DNA of 44,121 nucleotides from sequence record SRR31156797_635, one strand, 5' to 3'. The notes below the pieces were generated by a model, which worked only from the letters and a program-made list of their open reading frames with translations, was not told the origin of the DNA and ran no database searches. Made by a program: the position numbers and the translations under genes. Positions 10,290 to 19,228 of the stretch are shown piece after piece. How positions within the stretch are numbered: the first letter of the stretch is position 1; each line of letters begins with the position of its first letter.

Positions 10290-11915
10290 ATGAACAAGAA
10301 GAATTCCAAGGAGTATGATGTGATTATCATTGGTGGCGGTGCTACTGGTGCGGGAACTGCACGTGATTGTTCAATGAGGGGACTGAGTGTACTTCTTGTG
10401 GAGCGTCATGATTTTGCTACAGGAGCGACAGGGCGTAATCATGGATTATTGCATAGTGGAGCTAGATATGCTGTTACTGATCATGAATCGGCATCGGAAT
10501 GTATTAAGGAAAATATGATCTTACGCCGAATCGCAAACCATTGTGTTGAAGAAAATAACGGATTATTTCTTACACTTCCTGAGGATGATATTGCTTTTCA
10601 GTCTCAATTTGTAGAGGCTTGTTCAAGTGCAGGTATTGGCACTGAAATAATCGATCCTGAATTGGCTCGTCGTATGGAACCTTCTGTTAATCCTGATTTA
10701 ATTGGTGCTGTACGAGTACCGGATGGTTCGGTTGATCCATTTCGTTTGACCATGTCAAATGCACTTGATGCAAAAATACACGGTGCTGATCTTTTAACCC
10801 AACACGAAGTAACTGGATTTGTTCGAGAGCAAGATAGACTATGTGGTGTTGAGCTGTTTAATCATCAGAAGAAAGAAAAAGTAAATTATTACGGAAAAGT
10901 AGTAGTCAATGCTGGAGGAATATGGGGACATCATATCGCAAATCTTGCTGGTGTAAATATAAATATGTTTCCGGCGAAAGGATCGCTACTTATTTTTGGT
11001 CATCGTGTTAATAAAATGGTGCTAAATAGATGTAGAAAGCCAGCTAACGCGGATATTTTGGTTCCGGGAGATACAATTTGCTTGATTGGAACCACATCGG
11101 AACGTATCCCATATGATCAAATAGATAATATGTTTGTTTCGAAGGAGGATGTGGATGTTTTGATTCGAGAAGGAGTAAAGCTTTCTCCATCACTGGCAAC
11201 AACTCGTATTTTACGTGCTTATGCAGGTGTTCGTCCTTTAGTGGCAGCAGATAATGACCCAAGTGGACGAAGTATTAGCCGTGGAATTGTATTGTTAGAT
11301 CATAAGGAACGGGATGGACTAGAGGGATTTATCACTATTACAGGTGGTAAGTTAATGACATATAGATTAATGGCTGAGGAAGCGACCGATTTGATTTGTA
11401 AAAAACTTTCAGTTGATAAAAAATGTGAGACTGCTGATAAGTCTCTGCCAGGATCAGAAAAGAGTGATTTATCTCTGGAAAATGCCTCGCAAAAAATTTA
11501 TTCCAGTTCTAGTATTGCTCAGAAATCGGCACAGGATCGACATGGTTCCCTGGCTCACAAAGTATCTAATGGTGGGAGTAATGATGATTCATTGGTTTGC
11601 GAGTGTGAGGGAGTATCAATTGGTGAGGTTAAATATGCGATTAATGAATTACATGTGAATAATTTAATTGATTTGCGTCGACGTACTCGTGTTGGAATGG
11701 GAACATGCCAAGGAGAATTGTGTGCTTGTCGGGCAGCAGGTCTTCTTTGTGATTCACTAGAAGAAGCGGGTAAGGCAAAAGATGATTTGGCAAATTTTCT
11801 TCAGGAGCGATGGAAGGGAATGTCGCCAATTGCCTGGGGAGATACAATTAATGAAGTTCAGTTTACCTCCTGGATTTATGAAGGAATTTATGGATTGAAA
11901 CCAGAAAACAATTAA
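10290..11915 (+). CDS. glpA: Anaerobic glycerol-3-phosphate dehydrogenase subunit A
   Basis: GGGATGAG FAD site, GATGRNHGLLHSGARY, ITGGKLMTYRLMAE, C-terminal CECE...RTRVGMGTCQGELC. ATG 10290 is preferred over TTG 10260. Confidence 0.96.
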   Translation: MNKKNSKEYDVIIIGGGATGAGTARDCSMRGLSVLLVERHDFATGATGRNHGLLHSGARYAVTDHESASECIKENMILRRIANHCVEENNGLFLTLPEDDIAFQSQFVEACSSAGIGTEIIDPELARRMEPSVNPDLIGAVRVPDGSVDPFRLTMSNALDAKIHGADLLTQHEVTGFVREQDRLCGVELFNHQKKEKVNYYGKVVVNAGGIWGHHIANLAGVNINMFPAKGSLLIFGHRVNKMVLNRCRKPANADILVPGDTICLIGTTSERIPYDQIDNMFVSKEDVDVLIREGVKLSPSLATTRILRAYAGVRPLVAADNDPSGRSISRGIVLLDHKERDGLEGFITITGGKLMTYRLMAEEATDLICKKLSVDKKCETADKSLPGSEKSDLSLENASQKIYSSSSIAQKSAQDRHGSLAHKVSNGGSNDDSLVCECEGVSIGEVKYAINELHVNNLIDLRRRTRVGMGTCQGELCACRAAGLLCDSLEEAGKAKDDLANFLQERWKGMSPIAWGDTINEVQFTSWIYEGIYGLKPENN

Positions 11916-11924
11916 GCAATTACT

Positions 11925-13166
11925 ATGAAATTCGATAACATTATAATAGGTGGTGGGTTGAGCGGACTCACTTGTGGAATTAAATTGGCGGAGCAGGGTA
12001 AAAAATGTGCTATTGTTTCATCGGGTCAGAGTGCTATTCATTTCTTTTCTGGTTCATTCGATTTATTGGGAAAAGTGGATGGAGAGGATGTGAGTAACCC
12101 ATTAGAGGGAATGAAATCTTTATCTGAAAAACATCCTTATCAGCGTGTTGGGCTTGAAAATATAGAACGTTTAACTGATGATGCTTTGCATTTATTAATT
12201 CGGGCAGGTTTGAGTTTTACAGGACAAGCAAATAGAAATCATTTTGTGTTAACTCCAATGGGCATAATGAAACCAACTTGGCTTACATTGGATGATTTTA
12301 CAAGTTTTGATCACAAAGATCATTTTCCATGGAATAAAGCTGTAATTCTTAATTTCAGTGGATTTCTTGATTTCCATACTCTATTTATTAAAGATGGTCT
12401 TAAAAAGTTAGAGGTGGATGCTCAAATCAAGAATATTTCGATGAAGCAGTTTGAAGCCATTCGAAAAAACCCAAGCGAAATGCGTTCCACAAATATTGCG
12501 AAAGAATTTGATAAGGGAAATGCTATTGAAGAATTTGTTGAAAAGGTAAATCTGCTTAGCGAAAATACTGAAGTGGTAATTCTTCCAGCGGTATTTGGCT
12601 TATTCAATAGAAATGTTGTGGAAAAACTCAACCAAAAGATAAATAAACCCTTGGTATTGCTTCCTGCTATACCTCCTTCGGTTCCTGGTGTGCGAAGTCA
12701 AATTATGCTTCGTCAAAGATTTCAGGATTTGGGTGGTACTTATTTTATGGGCGATAATGTGGAAGGAGGCACATTCGATAATAATCGCTTATTAGATATT
12801 AAGACTAACAATCACGATGATATAATATTAGAAGCAGATCAATTTATTTTAGCTAGCGGAAGTTTTTATAGTAAAGGGATTGTAGCAACACATAACAAAC
12901 TTTACGAGCCAATTTTTGGCTTGGATATAGATGGAGATTCTGATCGGAACAATTGGCTTGATGAGAAGTTTTTTAACGATCAGCCTTATATGCATTATGG
13001 AGTGAAAACCGATGATAAATTTCGTGCAGTAATGGATGGTCAGTCAATAGAAAATCTATATGTAGCGGGTTCTGTACTCGGAGGAGCAAACCCTCTAAAG
13101 GAAGGTAGTGGAGCTGGTATTAGTGTATTGACATCTCTTCATACTGTTGAGCAAATTTTAAAATAG
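11925..13166 (+). CDS. glpB: Anaerobic glycerol-3-phosphate dehydrogenase subunit B
   Basis: IIGGGLSGL, GQSAIHFFSGSFDLL, PPSVPGVR, LASGSFYSKG; lies between glpA and glpC. Confidence 0.95.
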   Translation: MKFDNIIIGGGLSGLTCGIKLAEQGKKCAIVSSGQSAIHFFSGSFDLLGKVDGEDVSNPLEGMKSLSEKHPYQRVGLENIERLTDDALHLLIRAGLSFTGQANRNHFVLTPMGIMKPTWLTLDDFTSFDHKDHFPWNKAVILNFSGFLDFHTLFIKDGLKKLEVDAQIKNISMKQFEAIRKNPSEMRSTNIAKEFDKGNAIEEFVEKVNLLSENTEVVILPAVFGLFNRNVVEKLNQKINKPLVLLPAIPPSVPGVRSQIMLRQRFQDLGGTYFMGDNVEGGTFDNNRLLDIKTNNHDDIILEADQFILASGSFYSKGIVATHNKLYEPIFGLDIDGDSDRNNWLDEKFFNDQPYMHYGVKTDDKFRAVMDGQSIENLYVAGSVLGGANPLKEGSGAGISVLTSLHTVEQILK

Positions 13167-13173
13167 CAGGACG

Positions 13174-14433
13174 ATGAAAAAGGAAATATTTGAACCATAC
13201 AACATAAGTGATAATAATTTTGAGCAGTGTGTAAAATGTACAATTTGTACAGTGTATTGTCCTGTTTTGGAAGTAAATCCTGAATATCCAGGACCTAAGC
13301 AATCAGGACCTGATGGGGAAAGATTGCGCTTGAAGGATCCGGGTTTTTACGATGAGGCTTTAAAGTTATGTTTGAACTGTAAGCGTTGTGAGGTTGCTTG
13401 TCCACATGGTGTGAAAATTGGAGATATTATCCAAATGGCACGTATTAAGCACAGCAAGAAAAAGCCTAAGTTTAGGGATATGATTTTGGCTAATACCGAT
13501 ATAGTTGGAACTATGGCGAGTACATTTGCTCCTATTGTTAATCCTATGGTAGCACTTAAGCCTGTTCGACGCCTAATGGATAGTGTGCTGAAAATTGATC
13601 ATCATCGTATGTTTCCTAAATACACTGGCTTAAGATTTGAAAGCTGGTATTGCAAATATGCAGAAAAGAAACAGAAAGAATTTAAGAAGCATGTAAGTTA
13701 TTTTCATGGTTGCTATGTGAATTATAACTTTCCTCAATTGGGTAAGGATTTAATTAAAATAATGAATGCTGCTGGTTACGGTGTTCATCTTCTTGAAAAA
13801 GAAAAATGTTGTGGTGTGGCATTAATTTCAAATGGACTTATTAAACAAGCTACCAAACAGGCGCAGCATAATGTAGAAGCCTTTAAGAAATCAATTGTAG
13901 AGAAGAATATGCCAGTAATATCTACATCCTCAACATGTATTTTCACAATCAGAGATGAATATCCGCATTTATTAGGAGTTAGGAATAAGGAAATTCGTGA
14001 TGAAAGTGAATTGGCAACTCGTTTCTTATTTCGTTTAGTTGATACCGGAAAGCTAAAGCTTGTTTTCAAAAAGAACTACAAGAAACGAATTTCTTATCAC
14101 ACACCATGTCATATGGAGAAATTGGGGTGGTCTATCTACTCAACTTCGCTATTGCGTATGATTCCAGGCTTAGATTTTGTACCATTGGAATCACAATGTT
14201 GTGGAATTGCTGGAACTTACGGATTTAAAAAAGAAAATTATAAAACTTCTCAAGAAGTTGGTAAGCCACTTTTTAATCAAATAGACAATTCAAATGTGGA
14301 TTTTGTTGCTACCGATTGTGAAACCTGTAAGTGGCAAATCGAGATGTCTACTAAAAGTAAAGTTATGCATCCCATTTCAATTCTTGCAGAAGCATTGGAT
14401 GTGGAAGCTACTATGAAATTATGGGAAGATTAA
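13174..14433 (+). CDS. glpC: Anaerobic glycerol-3-phosphate dehydrogenase subunit C (Fe-S, CCG domains)
   Basis: CVKCTICTVYCP, YPGPKQSGPDGERLR, CLNCKRCEVACP, two CCG motifs and DCETCKWQI. Confidence 0.96.
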   Translation: MKKEIFEPYNISDNNFEQCVKCTICTVYCPVLEVNPEYPGPKQSGPDGERLRLKDPGFYDEALKLCLNCKRCEVACPHGVKIGDIIQMARIKHSKKKPKFRDMILANTDIVGTMASTFAPIVNPMVALKPVRRLMDSVLKIDHHRMFPKYTGLRFESWYCKYAEKKQKEFKKHVSYFHGCYVNYNFPQLGKDLIKIMNAAGYGVHLLEKEKCCGVALISNGLIKQATKQAQHNVEAFKKSIVEKNMPVISTSSTCIFTIRDEYPHLLGVRNKEIRDESELATRFLFRLVDTGKLKLVFKKNYKKRISYHTPCHMEKLGWSIYSTSLLRMIPGLDFVPLESQCCGIAGTYGFKKENYKTSQEVGKPLFNQIDNSNVDFVATDCETCKWQIEMSTKSKVMHPISILAEALDVEATMKLWED

Positions 14434-14450
14434 ACTAATGTATATTAAAA

Positions 14451-14496
14451 TATAATAAAAAAAAGCTATCGTTCTCGATAGCTTTTTTTTATTATA
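14451..14496. terminator. Symmetric intrinsic terminator after glpC
   Basis: Perfect inverted repeat TATAATAAAAAAAAGCTATCG-TTCT-CGATAGCTTTTTTTTATTATA. Confidence 0.9.
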
Positions 14497-14637
14497 GGCA
14501 TTATTATTGTTAATACTCAATTTCAATTTAATAAAATAGGATAATCCCTACTTGTGTAATCCATATGTGTAATCTATTTTTACGCGCTGATAGTAAGAAC
14601 AACTATACCTTAAAATAAAACTAAACAAAGAATTGAT

Positions 14638-16035
14638 ATGAGTGTTGAACAGGTGAGTAAGGTTAAGGAACGCTTTTCCAAAGCCTTTTGGGTTGCCAAT
14701 TCGGTAGAGCTTTTAGAAAGAGCTGCCTATTATGGTGTATTTATAGTAATTACGATTTATTTGTCCCGAATCCTGGGATTTACTGATATCGAAGCTGCCC
14801 TTATTTCTGGTGGTTTTTCTGCAGGATTGTATTTATTACCTACATTTAGTGGAGCCTTAGCGGATAAAATGGGTTTTAGAAAAGCATTGCTATTGGCATT
14901 TAGTTTATTGAGTATTGGATATGCCGGGCTTGCAGTCTTACCTACCATGTTGGAATCGGCTGGTCTAGTTAAATATACTGATGTAACTGTTTTTACCGGA
15001 TTGGAGAATACCAACTGGAAATGGATGATTGTACCTATTGTTATTGTTATAATGATTGGTGGATCTTTCATTAAATCTGTTATCACAGGAACAGTAGCAA
15101 AGGAAACTACGGAGTCGAACCGAGCAAGAGGATTTTCCATCTTTTACATGATGGTAAACATTGGGTCATTCTCAGGTAAAACCATTGTAAAACCTTTACG
15201 AGAAGCCATGGGAAATGAAGGTCTTGTAAACCTAAATTACTTTTCGGCAGGGATGACATTTTTGGCTGTATTAGCTGTTTTCTTCTTTTTCAAAAGCACA
15301 AAACGCGAAGGCGAAGGAAAATCAATTAGCGAAATATGGGCAGCATTAATCAGAGTTGTATCCAATGGAAGATTGGTTGCCTTAATTCTGATTGTTACCG
15401 GATTCTGGATGGTACAGCATCAATTGTACGCAACCATGCCTAAATATGTATTGCGTATGGCAGGTGAAGGTGCATCTCCATCCTGGTATGCCAATGTTAA
15501 TCCATTAGTGGTAGTATTATCGGTTGGATTGATTACTTCACTAATGGCAAAGCGATCAGCATTGTTTTCAATGACAGTTGGTATGTTTATTATGCCAGTA
15601 TCTGCACTTTGTATGGCAGCAGGGAATTTGCTTAATGTAGAATCAATTGATTTAGGTTTATTCAGTATGCATCCTGTGGCGTTTATGATGATTGTTGGTA
15701 TTGTTTTCCAGGGACTGGCAGAATCGTTTATTTCACCTCGTTTCCTTGAGTTTTTCTCACTGCAGGCTCCTAAGGGAGAAGAGGGAATGTATCTTGGCTT
15801 TAGTCATTTGCATTCGTTTGTGTCGTCGATTTTAGGTTTTGGATTATCCGGAGTTTTATTGACAAAATATTGTCCAGATCCTACCTTGTATGAATCAAGA
15901 GCCGAATGGGAAGTAGCATCTGCAAATGCACATTACATATGGTACTATTTTGTTGCTATTGCGGCGGTATCCGCTATTGCTCTAATTGTATATGGTAGAG
16001 TCACTAAAAAAACGGATGAAAAATTAGCAGCCTAA
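14638..16035 (+). CDS. MFS transporter, POT/PTR-like (probable di/tripeptide:H+ symporter)
   Basis: About 12 hydrophobic segments, ELLERAAYYG (ExxER motif), GALADKMG and GFSIFYMMVNIGS (PTR2-like). Confidence 0.82.
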   Translation: MSVEQVSKVKERFSKAFWVANSVELLERAAYYGVFIVITIYLSRILGFTDIEAALISGGFSAGLYLLPTFSGALADKMGFRKALLLAFSLLSIGYAGLAVLPTMLESAGLVKYTDVTVFTGLENTNWKWMIVPIVIVIMIGGSFIKSVITGTVAKETTESNRARGFSIFYMMVNIGSFSGKTIVKPLREAMGNEGLVNLNYFSAGMTFLAVLAVFFFFKSTKREGEGKSISEIWAALIRVVSNGRLVALILIVTGFWMVQHQLYATMPKYVLRMAGEGASPSWYANVNPLVVVLSVGLITSLMAKRSALFSMTVGMFIMPVSALCMAAGNLLNVESIDLGLFSMHPVAFMMIVGIVFQGLAESFISPRFLEFFSLQAPKGEEGMYLGFSHLHSFVSSILGFGLSGVLLTKYCPDPTLYESRAEWEVASANAHYIWYYFVAIAAVSAIALIVYGRVTKKTDEKLAA

Positions 16036-16054
16036 ATAATTAAAATAGAATTTG

Positions 16055-16083
16055 AACCGTCTCTGAAAAGAGACGGTTTTTTT
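16055..16083 (+). terminator. Intrinsic terminator after the MFS gene
   Basis: AACCGTCTCT-GAAA-AGAGACGGTT followed by a T run. Confidence 0.88.
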
Positions 16084-16186
16084 GTGTAAAATAATTTGAG
16101 GAATAATTCCTTCGCTATCAAATATTAGTGTTAATTTAATAGGAAGAGTGTTTGTATAGATTAAGAATGGATTAATACTGATAATT

Positions 16187-17254
16187 ATGGAGCAAATTTT
16201 TTATCCTGTAAAAGTTGTGGAAATTAGTAAACCCACTTTCAATGCAACAACAGTAAGCTTTAAAATTCCAAAAGATCTTCTGAACATATTTCAATTTCAG
16301 GCAGGGCAACACTTGTGTTTTAAATTTATAATTAACGATAAAGAGGAACAAAGAATGTATTCCTTGCACAATTCTCCGTTCGAAAATGATCTGTTTCAAA
16401 TCACTTCTAAAATAAAAGATACTGGATTAGTTTCGAAATATATTACGACTAATCTTAGGGTTGGAGATATGATGAACGTTTCTGAACCCATAGGAAGTTT
16501 TGTTATTCAACCAACTGAAAATTGTTGTAAAACGCATTATTTTTTTGCTGCGGGAAGTGGAATTACACCTATTTTTTCAATGATAAAAACCATCCTTCTG
16601 AAAGAGAAAAGAAGCAAGATTAAGTTACTGTATGCGAATCGAAATATTACAGATATTCTTTTCTACAAAGAACTTAATGACTGGAAGGAGAAATTTTCTG
16701 AAAGACTAGAAATTACACATACTTTAACCAAAAGATTTTTAGATACATCACAAATTGGTGAAGATGTAAAACGGGGAAGGATTAATGAAGAAATGATCGA
16801 AGAATTCCTGAATGAAAATCCTCTGGAAATACTGAAAAGCGAATTTTATGTCTGTGGTCCGGGTGAAATGAATCAAATGACTCTTGATACCTTTACAGAC
16901 CTTGGAGTACCTGCTAAATTGATCAATTATGAATACTTTTCAACAGAGGGAATCACTTATGATGATCTTAATTCAGCGGCAAATGTAGAATTAGATGCAT
17001 TAATCCGTAATGAGAATTATCATGTAATTTTAAATGAAAATGAAACCGTATTACAAGGTTTAAAAAGAGTTGGTGCACCTGTGCCATTCTCTTGTCAAAA
17101 TGGTATTTGCGGTACCTGTAAAACTAAATTGACGGATGGGAAGGTAGAAATGAAATCGTCAATGGCATTAAGTTCAAATGATAAAAAACAGAACTACATT
17201 CTTGCTTGTCAATCGTTGGCTCAATCTACAGTTGTAAAGGTAGATTTTGAATAA
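16187..17254 (+). CDS. FAD/NAD(P)H oxidoreductase with C-terminal [2Fe-2S] ferredoxin (PaaE/phthalate-dioxygenase-reductase-like)
   Basis: RMYSL flavin motif, AAGSGITP, LLYANR, YVCGP and CQNGICGTC...LAC. Confidence 0.88.
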   Translation: MEQIFYPVKVVEISKPTFNATTVSFKIPKDLLNIFQFQAGQHLCFKFIINDKEEQRMYSLHNSPFENDLFQITSKIKDTGLVSKYITTNLRVGDMMNVSEPIGSFVIQPTENCCKTHYFFAAGSGITPIFSMIKTILLKEKRSKIKLLYANRNITDILFYKELNDWKEKFSERLEITHTLTKRFLDTSQIGEDVKRGRINEEMIEEFLNENPLEILKSEFYVCGPGEMNQMTLDTFTDLGVPAKLINYEYFSTEGITYDDLNSAANVELDALIRNENYHVILNENETVLQGLKRVGAPVPFSCQNGICGTCKTKLTDGKVEMKSSMALSSNDKKQNYILACQSLAQSTVVKVDFE

Positions 17255-17417
17255 TTTATGAAGTATGTTTTTAGCATTTCTTTTTGGGAAGTTCAGAAGC
17301 TAAGAAGTGCACTTTCAAGCTTTGGAAGAGATGTCATTTTGCGAACAAATTTTCACTTTATAAGTTTTTTTGCATCTTTGACAAACCTATAATTAACTAC
17401 CTAAGAAACCTAAACCA

Positions 17418-17990
17418 TTGAAAACGCATTCCCAAAATATTGATATTCTTATCAATAGATTATCTTTAAAATCTGACGAACGAGCTTTAGATGAGCTCTT
17501 TCATATTTATTACGACAGACTTTTAACTTCATCTTTTGTATTAGTAAAAAGTAAAGATCTTGCCGAAGAAGTTGTTGCAGATGTATTTTATAGACTTTGG
17601 CAGAACAGAGAAAAATTGCTGGATGTGAAAAATCTGGATAATTATCTTTTCATCAGCGTAAGAAATCAGTCCTTGAATTATATCAACAAAGAGCAAAAAA
17701 TTGGTAAAGATTCAATCGATGAAGCAGTTTCGAATAAATTGAGTGAGAAGAATACTGCAGAAGATATGATTGTTGCGAAGGAGTTACAAGATAAAATCAC
17801 CACTAGTATTGAAAATCTGCCACCAAAATGTAAGGAAATTTTCCTACTGATACGTTTTGAGGGAATGAAATACCGAGAAGTGGCTGAGAAGCTCAAAGTG
17901 TCAGTAAATACAGTGGATACTCAAATGGGAATTGCCATTAAAAAGCTCTCAGAAATGATCGGATATAAAGGGAAAGTGAAAAAAAAGTAA
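17418..17990 (+). CDS. ECF sigma-70 factor (FecI-like Bacteroidota expansion type), TTG start
   Basis: AEEVVADVFYRLW (region 2), YLFISVRN and LPPKCKEIF...MKYREVAEKLKVSVNTV (region 4); lies upstream of FecR. Confidence 0.93.
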   Translation: MKTHSQNIDILINRLSLKSDERALDELFHIYYDRLLTSSFVLVKSKDLAEEVVADVFYRLWQNREKLLDVKNLDNYLFISVRNQSLNYINKEQKIGKDSIDEAVSNKLSEKNTAEDMIVAKELQDKITTSIENLPPKCKEIFLLIRFEGMKYREVAEKLKVSVNTVDTQMGIAIKKLSEMIGYKGKVKKK

Positions 17991-18057
17991 ATTTTTTCAC
18001 TTTCTTTTAGTGGAAGATTAAAATTATATGGTCTTAAAATTGAACTACTAGAATACA

Positions 18058-19089
18058 ATGACGGAAATGAATACAATGAATCAATTAATAGCAAAATATT
18101 TTGCTGGAGAAATCTCAGAGAATGAGATGAGCCAATTAAGGGGATGGCTTGAATCTTCAGTGGAAAATAAAATGTTATTTGATGATTTAAAACAAGAGTG
18201 GGGGGCTTTTGATTTACACACCACTTCAAAAGATAAAACCCGCGTTTTAAATAAGGTGAAAGCTAGAATAAAAGCCGATGAGCCTATAGTTGAAAAAGAG
18301 GTGAAAACCTTATTTATGCGTAGTTGGTATAGAATGGCAGCCTCTGTTATTATTGCATTATCGGTGGGAACATTGGCATGGTATCAGCTTAATGAACCTT
18401 TTTCGACTTTGAATACATTGGGTTATGAAGTGAGCGATTGTGAAGCAGGAATGCAGAAAGAGATTTTACTTGCAGATGGAAGCCACGTATTCATGAATGG
18501 TGATAGTCGTGTAAAATATAAAAAGGAGCTATCCGGTGATGAAAGAAATATTTTTTTTGAAGGAGAAGCATTTTTTGATGTTGCAAGAAATGAAGATAAA
18601 CCTTTTGTTATTGGTTTAGATGGGGCAGAAGTTAAGGTATTGGGGACATCATTCAATATTAAAGCATACCCTGAAGATAAATTGGTTGAGACATCAGTTT
18701 TAACAGGGAAAGTATCTTTTGAACATTCACATGGTATCTGGAAAAAAGATCAGGAAAGCATGTTTTTAGTGCCAGGTCAGAAAGGTGTGATTAATCATGA
18801 AAGTGAATCATTCGATCAATTGAGTGTTGATAATCAGCAGGATGTGGCATGGATGAAAAAGAGATTAATTTTTAATAATACGTCACTTTTAGAAATAACA
18901 AAAACGCTATATAGGATGTATGGCGTGAATTTTAAACTTACAGATGGCAGTCTGGAAGATTTAAAAATTACGGCTGATTTTGAGAATGAGGATTTGGAAG
19001 AAATCATGAAGATTCTGGAAATGACTAGTGAATTTTCTTATAAAATGGAGAATGATTTGGTCTTTATAGGAAGGAAAGATGAATTCTAA
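18058..19089 (+). CDS. FecR-family anti-sigma factor
   Basis: N-terminal YFAGE...WL anti-sigma helix, one TM segment, LADGSHVFMNGDS, GEAFFDV, VKVLGTSFNI and C-terminal LIFNNTSL domain. Confidence 0.93.
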   Translation: MTEMNTMNQLIAKYFAGEISENEMSQLRGWLESSVENKMLFDDLKQEWGAFDLHTTSKDKTRVLNKVKARIKADEPIVEKEVKTLFMRSWYRMAASVIIALSVGTLAWYQLNEPFSTLNTLGYEVSDCEAGMQKEILLADGSHVFMNGDSRVKYKKELSGDERNIFFEGEAFFDVARNEDKPFVIGLDGAEVKVLGTSFNIKAYPEDKLVETSVLTGKVSFEHSHGIWKKDQESMFLVPGQKGVINHESESFDQLSVDNQQDVAWMKKRLIFNNTSLLEITKTLYRMYGVNFKLTDGSLEDLKITADFENEDLEEIMKILEMTSEFSYKMENDLVFIGRKDEF

Positions 19090-19228
19090 AATAGGGGAGG
19101 AATCCTAAATAACATTCAAAAAAAATACCAAAGAATGGCAGCTCTTCGGTATTTTGACTCACATGTAGTAAATTTACTTGTCAAGTAAACAACTAATTGA
19201 AACAAACGCAATTGCTTCAACTAGCATT

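Noticed and set aside
18008-18035. TAGTGGA-N14-GGTCT before fecR, and ATAGGGGA at 19091 and 22821, as ECF promoter elements
   Set aside because: The copies lack a consistent second box, and the ATAGGGGA copies can be explained as arms of small hairpins. Support is too weak to call.
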